This document shows, in pieces, positions 8,590 to 19,871 of a stretch of DNA of 25,289 nt; position 1 is the stretch's first letter, and each line of letters begins with the position of its first letter. This DNA is from an uncultured Clostridia bacterium (GTDB taxonomy: Bacteria; Bacillota; Clostridia; Christensenellales; Borkfalkiaceae), in assembly GCA_944376035.1 (NCBI GenBank), contig CALWBJ010000108.1, positions 1 through 25,289 of the forward strand, in the 5' to 3' direction. The notes under the pieces are model-generated. The model was not told the DNA's origin. It saw nothing but the letters and a program-made list of their open reading frames with translations, and did not search any database. Both the position numbers and the translations under genes were made by a program.

Positions 8590-11187
8590 ATGATTGAAAT
8601 TCGCGGTATAAGCAAGACGTACAGGGCAAAGAAAGGCGGGGAATGCAGAGCGCTTAAAAACGTTTCGGCGAAATTCGGCGATACGGGAATGTATTTTATA
8701 CTGGGAAAGAGCGGCAGCGGAAAAAGTACGCTGCTAAACGTATTGGGCGGACTCGATAAAGTCGACAGCGGCGAGATAATATATAACGGCAAGTCGTTTT
8801 CCGAATTTAAGCAAAGCGATTTTGAAAATTACCGAAACCGCGAAGTGGGGTTTATCTTTCAGGAATATAACCTCATAGAAGATTTCGACGTATACGCTAA
8901 TATAAGTATAGCATTGGAACTTCAACCCGAGCGGGATAAGACAAAGGATAAAGAGGCAATAGAACACGCGTTGCAGAGAGTGGAACTAACGGGCTACGGC
9001 AAGAGGCGAGTAGGGGAACTTTCGGGCGGACAAAAGCAGAGAGTAGCGATAGCAAGGGCGATAGTAAAGAATTCGTCGGTAATACTTGCAGACGAACCGA
9101 CGGGCAACCTTGACTCGGAGACGGGCGAAGACGTATTTAATCTGCTTAAAAGCATATCGAAAGAAAAACTTGTTATAGTGGTATCGCACGACAGGGAAAA
9201 CGCGGAAGAATTCGGGGACGGAATATTGTATATAAAAGACGGCGTGGCGGAAGAAAAGGATTTCACGGCTGTTACCGTAGAGCAGAAAACGGGCGAAGAA
9301 CAAAAAGAGGAAGGCATAAAGGCGGCGGGCGAAAAAGTCGATAATGCCTTTGGTGCCGAACGTAACGAGGGGGAAGAAAAGAGAAGTAAAAAGGCAAAAA
9401 TCAAGCTTCCGCTATCATATTCGTTTAAGATGGCGTTTAAAAACCTCGGTCAGAAGAAGTTTAAAACGTTGTTCACGGTGGTATCTACTTTTATACTATT
9501 GATATTCACCTGCGGAATGTACGTTTTTTACGATTTTAACAGTGAAAGAAATATCGCTTTAACAGCAAGTAATAATGAAATAACCCATCTGATTATTAAA
9601 GGGACCACGAATAAGGAGATACCTTATAATATCGGACATTTCAGTGTGAATGATATTTATGATTTCGGTTGTTACGCCTACATGGATAATTTCAGCAATA
9701 TAAAATATTCCGCGGGATTTAATGTTGTAGGTTTTGAAAGTTTTAGTGATTATAATTATAGTATTCCCTCTGAATCGTTAGCAGGGGAAAGCATTGTAAA
9801 TAGGTTTTTTGATGTTTCGGCATACATAATTGAAAGCGAAAAGGATATAACCGATTTAAACTTTACGTTGTACGAAAACAGCGTTAAACTTCCGGGCGGA
9901 GTATATGTATCGGACCTGATGGTAAAAAGTATGCTTAATAAAGGACTTGCTTTTGCTGACGGCACGACCGATTATAATAAGATGGGCGGAAAGGTTATTT
10001 CGAATGGAAATATGACTTTTATTATTTCCGGGGTTTTTAAGACGGGTTTTTCCGATTTGTTTTCAGACGAAATTTCATATAGTCATTCCGTTAAAATAAA
10101 TAAAGAATTAACTGCAATAGAAACAAATCGGTTGAACAAAATTGCCGGAGCAGTATTTATGGATAAATATACGTTTCTATCGGGTTATGTAAGCGATAAC
10201 ATCGACCCCGTCGATTTTAGCGGGAAGAAATTTTCTTTCAGCGTTACCGATGAAAACGGTGTAAATTATCCGATAGATTTTGTCAATACATATAGTCCGA
10301 ACGGTTTTTTAGATGATTTTATTCTCACGGCGGAGGGCATGATACCTTTTCCTGAAATGACGCTTGGAGAAAATGAAATACTTGTTTCGCCTGAACTTTA
10401 TAACGAGTTGTTTCCGGACGATAAAATAATTTGGAACGAGGAAAACCATCAGGAAAATGTCAAGATACCGAAAAATTTAGGAAAAACCTTAGATGTTTCC
10501 TTTAATCAACCGACCGTGAAAAAAGACTATCTCGGACTTGAAGGAATGGTAATAAAAGGAGTGGATTTTTCAATGCCGAAACAATTGAGGGTAATTACCT
10601 CTTTCAATATTGAAAGCCGACTTGACCCCGAATGGATTCTTTTACTCAATAATAACAATATATTACTTTATACAAAAGATTACAACGGTTTGGCAAAAAT
10701 GCTCAGAGGTTTAAGAACAGACTATTTGATGGGAGTAGATGACGATTTCATGTTTCCCATTTATTATTTCGAGCAGGTTGCATCACAAATTGCAAAAGTT
10801 TTTCTGGTCTTGCTTTTAATATCTCTTTTAACGTCTATGTTGTTGCTTATTAATTTAATATCGTTCGGGGTGGCGGCAAGGAGAAAGGAAATAGGTATAT
10901 TGAAGGCGCTGGGTACCGGCAACGCCGAACTTAAAAAAACATATATAATTCAAACCCTTTTAATAGGTGCTTTTTCTTTTATCTTGGGACTTTTCGGTAC
11001 TTATTGGTTTGTAGGATTTGCAAACAGTCAGATTGTGATGGGTGTAGATGGCCTTGTATGGTTTGTGATGACTCCGTTTACCTATCTTTTAATGGCGGCG
11101 CAGACATTTTTCATAATGCCGGTATTGGCGCTTATACCGCTACGCCGGATAACTGCTCTTAACCCCGTCGACGCGATAAAGAAATAG
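8590..11187 (+). CDS. Fused ABC ATPase / FtsX-type permease (MacB-like, type VII ABC)
   Basis: Walker [10 protein letters not shown], signature LSGGQKQR, Walker B ILADEPT, H-loop SHD; then TM1, a large extracytoplasmic domain, the FtsX motif [12 protein letters not shown] and three C-terminal TM helices. Confidence 0.88.
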   Translation: MIEIRGISKTYRAKKGGECRALKNVSAKFGDTGMYFILGKSGSGKSTLLNVLGGLDKVDSGEIIYNGKSFSEFKQSDFENYRNREVGFIFQEYNLIEDFDVYANISIALELQPERDKTKDKEAIEHALQRVELTGYGKRRVGELSGGQKQRVAIARAIVKNSSVILADEPTGNLDSETGEDVFNLLKSISKEKLVIVVSHDRENAEEFGDGILYIKDGVAEEKDFTAVTVEQKTGEEQKEEGIKAAGEKVDNAFGAERNEGEEKRSKKAKIKLPLSYSFKMAFKNLGQKKFKTLFTVVSTFILLIFTCGMYVFYDFNSERNIALTASNNEITHLIIKGTTNKEIPYNIGHFSVNDIYDFGCYAYMDNFSNIKYSAGFNVVGFESFSDYNYSIPSESLAGESIVNRFFDVSAYIIESEKDITDLNFTLYENSVKLPGGVYVSDLMVKSMLNKGLAFADGTTDYNKMGGKVISNGNMTFIISGVFKTGFSDLFSDEISYSHSVKINKELTAIETNRLNKIAGAVFMDKYTFLSGYVSDNIDPVDFSGKKFSFSVTDENGVNYPIDFVNTYSPNGFLDDFILTAEGMIPFPEMTLGENEILVSPELYNELFPDDKIIWNEENHQENVKIPKNLGKTLDVSFNQPTVKKDYLGLEGMVIKGVDFSMPKQLRVITSFNIESRLDPEWILLLNNNNILLYTKDYNGLAKMLRGLRTDYLMGVDDDFMFPIYYFEQVASQIAKVFLVLLLISLLTSMLLLINLISFGVAARRKEIGILKALGTGNAELKKTYIIQTLLIGAFSFILGLFGTYWFVGFANSQIVMGVDGLVWFVMTPFTYLLMAAQTFFIMPVLALIPLRRITALNPVDAIKK

Positions 11188-11333
11188 TCGTAAGGAAATA
11201 TCCGTTACGTGAAGTCGGGAAAAGCGAGAAAATTACGAGAGAAAATATAAGTGAAAATCATAAGAGTAAATTATAAAAATAATATTATAAAGAAAAAATT
11301 ATAATGATTTTAATATTTTAATTAAGTTTATTT

Positions 11334-11369
11334 AAATTTTCGGCGGGAAAATATTTCCGCCGAAAATTT
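11334..11369 (+). terminator. Stem-loop between the fused ABC gene and the ECF sigma promoter
   Basis: AAATTTTCGGCGG-G-AAA-ATA-TTT-CCGCCGAAAATTT, about 16 bp with one bulge. Confidence 0.6.
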
Positions 11370-11412
11370 TTAATGTCAGATTTATAATTTTATAAAAAAA
11401 TCAAAAAAACTG

Positions 11413-11441
11413 TTGAAAGAAATAAAAATACCTATTATAAT
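11413..11441 (+). promoter_or_regulatory. SigmaA promoter for the ECF sigma gene
   Basis: TTGAAA-17 nt-TATAAT; GAGG RBS at 11458-11461. Confidence 0.75.
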
Positions 11442-11468
11442 AAAACAAAAGATTATCGAGGAAAAAAG

Positions 11469-12023
11469 ATGACAGATGGTGAGCGCCGACAACTGAATAT
11501 ATATCTCGGCGCCATCAGGGACGGGGTTCCGGAAGCGCTTGATTCGCTTTATCTTCTGGTCGGAGGCAGAATGTTTGCGCTTGCAAGGTCTATCGGCAAA
11601 AACATTTCCGACGCGGAAGATATCGTTCAGGACAGTCTTGTGAGAATAGCATTAAAGATAAAAAGTTTTTCCAAAGACACCAACGGATACGCCTGGGTTA
11701 TGAAGATAACAAGAAACGTCGCCCTCGATTTTCTGAGAAAGAAAGGGGTGAGAGCAGAGGAAAATATAGACGATTTTTTCAATCTCGCCTGCGGCGATTA
11801 CGATGAAGATAAACGTGACGACGCCATACTTCTGGAACAGGCAATAAACAGGTTGGATTCTGACGAGAGAAAAGCCGTTTATTATACTTATTATATGGAT
11901 ATGACTGTCAGGGAAACGGCAAAAAGCATGGGTATAAGCAAGTCGGCGGCGGCAAGGTTAATCGGAAGAGCAGAGAACAGACTGAAAAGTTTTTTAGAAA
12001 ACGGGACAAAAGAGCGCGATTAA
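11469..12023 (+). CDS. ECF RNA polymerase sigma factor
   Basis: Region 2 (DAEDIVQDSLVRI, YAWVMKITRNVALDFLRK) and region 4 (ERKAVYYTYYMDMTVRETAKSMGISKSAAARLIGRA); 184 aa. Confidence 0.92.
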   Translation: MTDGERRQLNIYLGAIRDGVPEALDSLYLLVGGRMFALARSIGKNISDAEDIVQDSLVRIALKIKSFSKDTNGYAWVMKITRNVALDFLRKKGVRAEENIDDFFNLACGDYDEDKRDDAILLEQAINRLDSDERKAVYYTYYMDMTVRETAKSMGISKSAAARLIGRAENRLKSFLENGTKERD

Positions 12024-12028
12024 ACGTT
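12002..12028 (+). promoter_or_regulatory. Putative ECF-dependent promoter within the 3' end of the sigma gene
   Basis: CGGGACAAAA-N10-AAACGTT (GGGAC -35, 17-nt spacer, CGTT -10); the same motif recurs at 12729-12755. Confidence 0.7.
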
Positions 12029-12035
12029 TTAAAAT

Positions 12036-12698
12036 ATGAAAAGCATGAAAAAAGACGAAAAACTTCAAAAATCGTTCAGCGAATATTTCGACGGAGTGAA
12101 ACCGCCGGCGGTAGACACATCGGTCGCTAAACGAATAATATCCGAAAAGAAAAAAAAGAGCAGACTTATTAAAGTGCTTGTAAGTTTCGGCTCTGTTTTT
12201 GCGTGTCTTGTAATAATTGCTGTCGGCATAATGATTCACATAAACAATACAAAGATGATTTTTTACGAAGAAGGCGCGCTGCGCGTTGAAAGCGTGTTTT
12301 ATTCGGCAGTTAAAGAACAATGCGGTGCTGTTGCAGACCCACTTGAAAATCTGGAATATTCCGATAATGCGCATATAGATTACAGCATGTATTTTGAAAA
12401 CGACAGGCTTTGTTATATCCGTGCGGAAATCACCGTGCTTAACGAATACGGAAGGGAGGACGTAATTCTTTATGCCGAGGTTACGGACGGCAGACATACT
12501 TCGGAAAAATTTAAAAAATATTACGAACTTGAAAGTAAAGGCTCGCTCTCGGGTACGAATTATATATACAGCAAAGAATACGTCGGAGGGGAATGGGTGG
12601 CTTCTGCATATATGCTTACGGACAGCGTTAAAATATTTATAGACGCGCAGTCGCCGAACAGCAAGAGTCTGGAAAAATACCTTTATCTTTTCGCCTAA
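12036..12698 (+). CDS. Putative single-pass membrane anti-sigma factor
   Basis: Directly downstream of the ECF sigma; about 45-aa basic N-terminal cytoplasmic part, one TM helix (VLVSFGSVFACLVIIAVGIMIHI) and a C-terminal extracytoplasmic domain. No ZAS HxxxCxxC motif and no SD. The function is inferred from position and topology. Confidence 0.68.
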   Translation: MKSMKKDEKLQKSFSEYFDGVKPPAVDTSVAKRIISEKKKKSRLIKVLVSFGSVFACLVIIAVGIMIHINNTKMIFYEEGALRVESVFYSAVKEQCGAVADPLENLEYSDNAHIDYSMYFENDRLCYIRAEITVLNEYGREDVILYAEVTDGRHTSEKFKKYYELESKGSLSGTNYIYSKEYVGGEWVASAYMLTDSVKIFIDAQSPNSKSLEKYLYLFA

Positions 12699-12728
12699 AA
12701 TAATTTTTTCAAAAATTTTTTGTTTTTG

Positions 12729-12755
12729 CGGGACAAAACATTTTTTTGAAACGTT
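12729..12755 (+). promoter_or_regulatory. Putative ECF-dependent promoter of the VWA lipoprotein gene
   Basis: CGGGACAAAA-N10-AAACGTT, 34 nt before ATG 12790, with an AAGGAG RBS at 12775-12780. Confidence 0.72.
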
Positions 12756-12789
12756 GTATAGGTGAAAACGGAAAAAGGAGATTAAAAAA

Positions 12790-14283
12790 ATGAAAAAATC
12801 CGTATTGACAGTTGTTTTGTTTATGGTATGTTTGATGGCTTTTTCTGCCTGCGGCAGCGGAAGCAGTTATTGGGGAGAGGGGCAGATATCCGAGGCTTTT
12901 GACGACAACTATACCTATCAGGAAATAGTGGAAATGCCATTTTATGACGTTTCCGAAACACCGTCGTCGTACTTTTCGCTCGACCGCAATACGGCGGCTT
13001 ACTCATTGGTAAGGCGCCAGATTACCGACGGCAGAAAAGTCAACGAAGACTCCGTACGCATAGAAGAAATGATAAATTATTTTGATTACGGTTATCCCGC
13101 ACCCGCCGACGGAGAGGATATGAAACTTTCGGCGTACATGACAGACTGTCCCTGGAACGCGGAAAACAAACTCATGGTTATCGGAGTTAAGACAAAAGAG
13201 GCGGATTTATCCGCGCTTGACAGCAACTACGTTTTCCTTGTGGACGTTTCAGGTTCAATGTCCGGGAGCGACAGATTGGGACTTGTCAAAACGGGGCTTA
13301 AAGAACTTGTTAAAAATCTCGGTGAAAACGACAGGGTTTCTATCGTTACTTATGCAAACGGAGTCGACGTTGTACTTGAAAGCACTCCCGCTGACCTAAT
13401 AGGTAAATTAAGTATAATAAACGCCGTCGACTCGTTAAACGCTCGCGGCTCCACGAACGGCAGCGGCGGACTGGAACTGGCTTACGAAATAGCCGAACAG
13501 AATAAAGAAGGGAAGAACAGCCGCGTAATTATTATGAGCGACGGAGATTTTAACGTAGGTATAACGGGCACGGGAACCATGACGGAATTTATTCAGGATA
13601 AGGCTGAGAGCGGCGTATATCTATCTGTGCTCGGTTTCGGAATGGGAAATACCCGCGACGACATGCTGGAAACTCTGGCGAGAAACGGCAACGGCAACTA
13701 CGCTTACATCGATAACGAGACGGAAGCGGTCAAGGTGCTTTCGGAAGAACTCGGCGGAACGCTGTTCACGGTGGCAAAGGACGCAAAAGCGGGCGTAACC
13801 TTTACTTCCGCGGTTGAAAAATACAGGCTTATCGGATACGATACAAAATATATAACCGAAGAAGATTTTGAAAACCCCGAAAAGGATACGGGCGAAATAG
13901 GCAGTAATCTGTGCGTAACGGCTATGTATGAAATTAAACTTTCAGATAGCGACAGTTCTGAAAAACTTGCGTCGGCAACGGTAAAGTATAAGGCTGTTTC
14001 CGAGGACGAAACGGAAAAGACGGTGTCGGTAGATATTATGGCAGACGCTTCGGGCGGCGACCAGATAGAATTTGCGGCTTGCGTTGCGGAATTCGGGTTG
14101 GTGCTCAGAAATTCCGAATATAAAGGTACGGCTTCTTTTGAAAACGTGATTTCCCGCTTGGAGGATCTTAAACAATATACCGAAAGCGACCTATATAAAA
14201 CCGAATTTACGGAGTTGGTACAAAAGGCAAAAACTCTTTACGAAAGATTAAGCGATACCGAAAAAAGTGATATATCAGAATGA
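12790..14283 (+). CDS. YfbK-like von Willebrand factor A domain lipoprotein (vWF_A N-terminal segment + VWA + DUF3520)
   Basis: Lipobox FSA-C; SLDRNTAAY...VRIEEMINYFDY; MIDAS motif VFLVDVSGSMSG with GSTNG and MSDGDFNVG; C-terminal FAACVAEFGLVLRNSEYKG. Confidence 0.88.
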   Translation: MKKSVLTVVLFMVCLMAFSACGSGSSYWGEGQISEAFDDNYTYQEIVEMPFYDVSETPSSYFSLDRNTAAYSLVRRQITDGRKVNEDSVRIEEMINYFDYGYPAPADGEDMKLSAYMTDCPWNAENKLMVIGVKTKEADLSALDSNYVFLVDVSGSMSGSDRLGLVKTGLKELVKNLGENDRVSIVTYANGVDVVLESTPADLIGKLSIINAVDSLNARGSTNGSGGLELAYEIAEQNKEGKNSRVIIMSDGDFNVGITGTGTMTEFIQDKAESGVYLSVLGFGMGNTRDDMLETLARNGNGNYAYIDNETEAVKVLSEELGGTLFTVAKDAKAGVTFTSAVEKYRLIGYDTKYITEEDFENPEKDTGEIGSNLCVTAMYEIKLSDSDSSEKLASATVKYKAVSEDETEKTVSVDIMADASGGDQIEFAACVAEFGLVLRNSEYKGTASFENVISRLEDLKQYTESDLYKTEFTELVQKAKTLYERLSDTEKSDISE

Positions 14284-14395
14284 GCGTGTTTAAATAATAC
14301 TTCCACGAAAATGAAATAATAAGTTATAATATAAAATTAAAACGCTATACAATAAATTAAATATAAAATAAAATATCAGATATATAAAAAACTCA

Positions 14396-14436
14396 CGCGG
14401 CGCGGAAAATTTCATTTCCGCGCCGCGCTTTTATTT
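14396..14436 (+). terminator. Intrinsic terminator of the VWA gene
   Basis: CGCGGCGCGGAAA-ATTTCA-TTTCCGCGCCGCG (13 bp) followed by CTTTTATTT. Confidence 0.78.
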
Positions 14437-14471
14437 GCAATAAATTTATAAGAAATAATATTGTTTAATAT

Positions 14472-14497
14472 AAAGCCGCTTTTCAGGCGGCTTTTTT
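14472..14497. terminator. Bidirectional-type terminator just downstream of the YpsA-like gene
   Basis: AAAGCCGCT-TTTCA-GGCGGCTTT-TTT, with A and T flanks. Confidence 0.72.
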
Positions 14498-14510
14498 AAT
14501 TTATGCGTTT

Positions 14511-15017
14511 TTAAAAATCTTGAAGATTTATAATATAAAACGGTTTTTTCTTTTTTTGTGTAAATTTGAAAGTATTATAAGTACCTCCCTGTTTTTCTCC
14601 GTTCCACACCACAATAGCGTAATAAGAGTGGTTTACCATATATTCATTTCGTTTCTGCATGCAAAATCTTGTATATTTTTCGCTTATTACGTTTACTGCA
14701 TTTGCCGAATTTATTATCTTTTTGTATCTGCTTTTATCTTCCGCGCGCCATTTCAGAGTCTGATTAGGGCAGGGAACAGCAATTTCAAGTATAATGTCGG
14801 GATAGGTAGAATCCCTCAGGTCAATTACGATTTCCGCAAAATCCATATCTGCGCCCAATGCGCCGCCGGAAATAAAGTGTGTGAAACCGTCTGAAATCAG
14901 TTCGGTGATTTTTTGGCGGAGAGCGGTAAGATAGGCTTTATGTTGCTGGCAGTCTTTGTCCTCGTAATTCCACAAAAAACCCTTGGGACGATGTCCCGTA
15001 AGACAACATATTTTCAT
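14511..15017 (-). CDS. SLOG superfamily protein, YpsA/DUF1273-like (168 aa)
   Basis: MKICCLTGHRP, FISGGALGADM, EIAVPCPNQTLKW, CMQKRNEYMV, GGTYNT. The start is moved from the track's 15068 to ATG 15017 because AAGGAGG precedes it and the promoter overlaps the longer ORF. Confidence 0.88.
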   Translation of the reverse strand: MKICCLTGHRPKGFLWNYEDKDCQQHKAYLTALRQKITELISDGFTHFISGGALGADMDFAEIVIDLRDSTYPDIILEIAVPCPNQTLKWRAEDKSRYKKIINSANAVNVISEKYTRFCMQKRNEYMVNHSYYAIVVWNGEKQGGTYNTFKFTQKKKKPFYIINLQDF

Positions 15018-15058
15018 ACAAACCTCCTTATATACGTTGTAACAATAATAATATTTAC

Positions 15059-15087
15059 ATTGTAGCATGAATAAAAACTTGTGTCAA
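15059..15087 (-). promoter_or_regulatory. SigmaA promoter with extended -10 for the YpsA-like gene
   Basis: Minus strand TTGACA (15087-15082)-17 nt-TACAAT (15064-15059), preceded by TGC. Confidence 0.8.
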
Positions 15088-15132
15088 CAATAATAAAATA
15101 TTAGTGTAAACAAGTGCATGGGGAGATTATTT

Positions 15133-15444
15133 ATGACTGTTCAGGACAGAATATTAGAATTGTTGAAAAAGCGCGGTTGGACAAAATACAGGTTGGCAAA
15201 GGAAGCGGGATTTTATCCTACAACCGTATACGATTGGTTTAATGAAAAACATTATACTCCCGACAGGAATTCAATCGAGAGCATTTGTCTCGCTTTGGGA
15301 ATATCTCAGGCGGAATTTTACAGCGGAGTAGAAGAAATGAATTTAGATTCCGAACAGACGGTGCTTTTAGAATTGTTTTCCAAAGTGCCGCCCGAAAAAA
15401 GACAAATAGTATTCGATTTACTTCGTACTTTATCGGAGAAATAA
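15133..15444 (+). CDS. XRE/Cro-C1 family HTH transcriptional regulator (103 aa)
   Basis: RILELLKKRGWTKYRLAKEAGFYPTTVYDWFNE...IESICLALGISQAEFY plus a C-terminal helical tail; GGGGAG RBS at 15120-15125 favours ATG 15133. Confidence 0.88.
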   Translation: MTVQDRILELLKKRGWTKYRLAKEAGFYPTTVYDWFNEKHYTPDRNSIESICLALGISQAEFYSGVEEMNLDSEQTVLLELFSKVPPEKRQIVFDLLRTLSEK

Positions 15445-15446
15445 AA

Positions 15447-15680
15447 ATGAAAATGATAGACGCCGTTGTTACAAGATTGAGAAATATTATGTCGGAGAGA
15501 AAAATAACACCTTACTATTTTTCCAAAGAGGGTGGAATTGCAAAATCAACGGTTTATCAAGTTTTTAACGGAAAACAGCAAAAGATTATGCTGGATTTAT
15601 TGTATCAGTTTACGTCTACATTAGGGATAACATTAAAAGAATTTTTCGATGACCCGATTTTCAACGAGGTTACCGATTAA
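15447..15680 (+). CDS. XRE family HTH protein (77 aa), paralogue A
   Basis: MKMIDAVVTRLRNIMSERKITPYYFSKEGGIAKSTVYQVF...LGITLKEFFDDPIF. The start is moved from the track's 15285 to ATG 15447 (GGAG RBS at 15435-15438, 2 nt after the previous stop). Confidence 0.85.
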   Translation: MKMIDAVVTRLRNIMSERKITPYYFSKEGGIAKSTVYQVFNGKQQKIMLDLLYQFTSTLGITLKEFFDDPIFNEVTD

Positions 15681-15957
15681 GCAAAATCAGGAAATTATAA
15701 ATGAACTTTTTGTTTTAATATTCATAATAGGGGAAAAATATGAAACTTAATGAAGCGGTAGGGGAAAGACTGAAAAGTTTGTTAGAAGAAAAACATTGGA
15801 AAAATTATTCTTTACAAAAGGAAGGCGGAATTCCACGTTCAACGGTCGGTTTGATTGTCGAAGCAAAGAGAAAAACCGTAAAATTAGAAACGCTTTATCA
15901 GATAACCTCTACGCTTGGGATAACATTAAAAGAATTTTTCGATGACCCGATTTTCAA
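15624..15957 (+). repeat. 41-bp identical direct repeat (15624-15664 and 15917-15957) in the 3' ends of the two 77-aa XRE genes
   Basis: GGGATAACATTAAAAGAATTTTTCGATGACCCGATTTTCAA occurs twice; both proteins end TSTLGITLKEFFDDPIFNEVTD. Confidence 0.95.
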
Positions 15958-15973
15958 TGAAGTTACGGATTAA
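15740..15973 (+). CDS. XRE family HTH protein (77 aa), paralogue B
   Basis: MKLNEAVGERLKSLLEEKHWKNYSLQKEGGIPRSTVGLIV...LGITLKEFFDDPIF; AGGGGA RBS. Confidence 0.88.
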   Translation: MKLNEAVGERLKSLLEEKHWKNYSLQKEGGIPRSTVGLIVEAKRKTVKLETLYQITSTLGITLKEFFDDPIFNEVTD

Positions 15974-16085
15974 AATATTTCGTAAAATTTAACTTGGGTA
16001 TTTTGCGTTATTTTTTATACAATTAAAAAATTTTGATATAAAGATTTATTGTAAAACAAAATGTTAGAAAATTTATATTAATATA

Positions 16086-16121
16086 AATCCGCCGCGTCAG
16101 GTTATCCTGACGCGGCGGATT
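16086..16121. terminator. Perfect 16-bp hairpin between the convergent XRE and PFOR genes
   Basis: AATCCGCCGCGTCAGG-TTAT-CCTGACGCGGCGGATT; a second small hairpin, CAGGATT-TTTT-AATCCTG, lies at 16130-16147. Confidence 0.78.
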
Positions 16122-16168
16122 AAGTTTAACAGGATTTTTTAATCCTGAAAGGTTTTTAAGCGCTACGC

Positions 16169-19699
<3,531 letters not shown>

Positions 19700-19714
19700 T
19701 TATAGTCCGAACTA

Positions 19715-19743
19715 ATTATACATTTTCGGACGCAAATAGTCAA
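19715..19743 (-). promoter_or_regulatory. SigmaA promoter of the PFOR gene
   Basis: Minus strand TTGACT (19743-19738)-17 nt-TATAAT (19720-19715). Confidence 0.8.
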
Positions 19744-19842
19744 TGTAAAAATTAAAATTTTTAATAATTTTGATATGAATTGTAATCAGCGTGTTTTTAG
19801 GGGCGTTTGATGTCAATTTTCGGCGATTTGCCTTTCAATGAG

Positions 19843-19871
19843 TTGTAATAATGATTTATTTTTGGTATAAT
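19843..19871 (+). promoter_or_regulatory. SigmaA promoter with extended -10 for the ecfA1 operon
   Basis: TTGTAA-17 nt-TATAAT with TGG before the -10; it implies an A-rich leader of about 200 nt. Confidence 0.55.

Noticed and set aside
15018-15446. ORF-track starts at 15068 (-), 15118 (+) and 15285 (+)
   Set aside because: Downstream ATGs at 15017, 15133 and 15447 have proper SD spacing and match family lengths; the longer versions overlap promoters or the neighbouring gene.
14348-16053. Mobile-element call for the SLOG/XRE block, based on a 10-bp inverted repeat (TACAATAAAT at 14348, ATTTATTGTA at 16044) and a shared TATACAAT
   Set aside because: No integrase, transposase or tRNA target is present, and such short matches are expected by chance in very AT-rich spacers.
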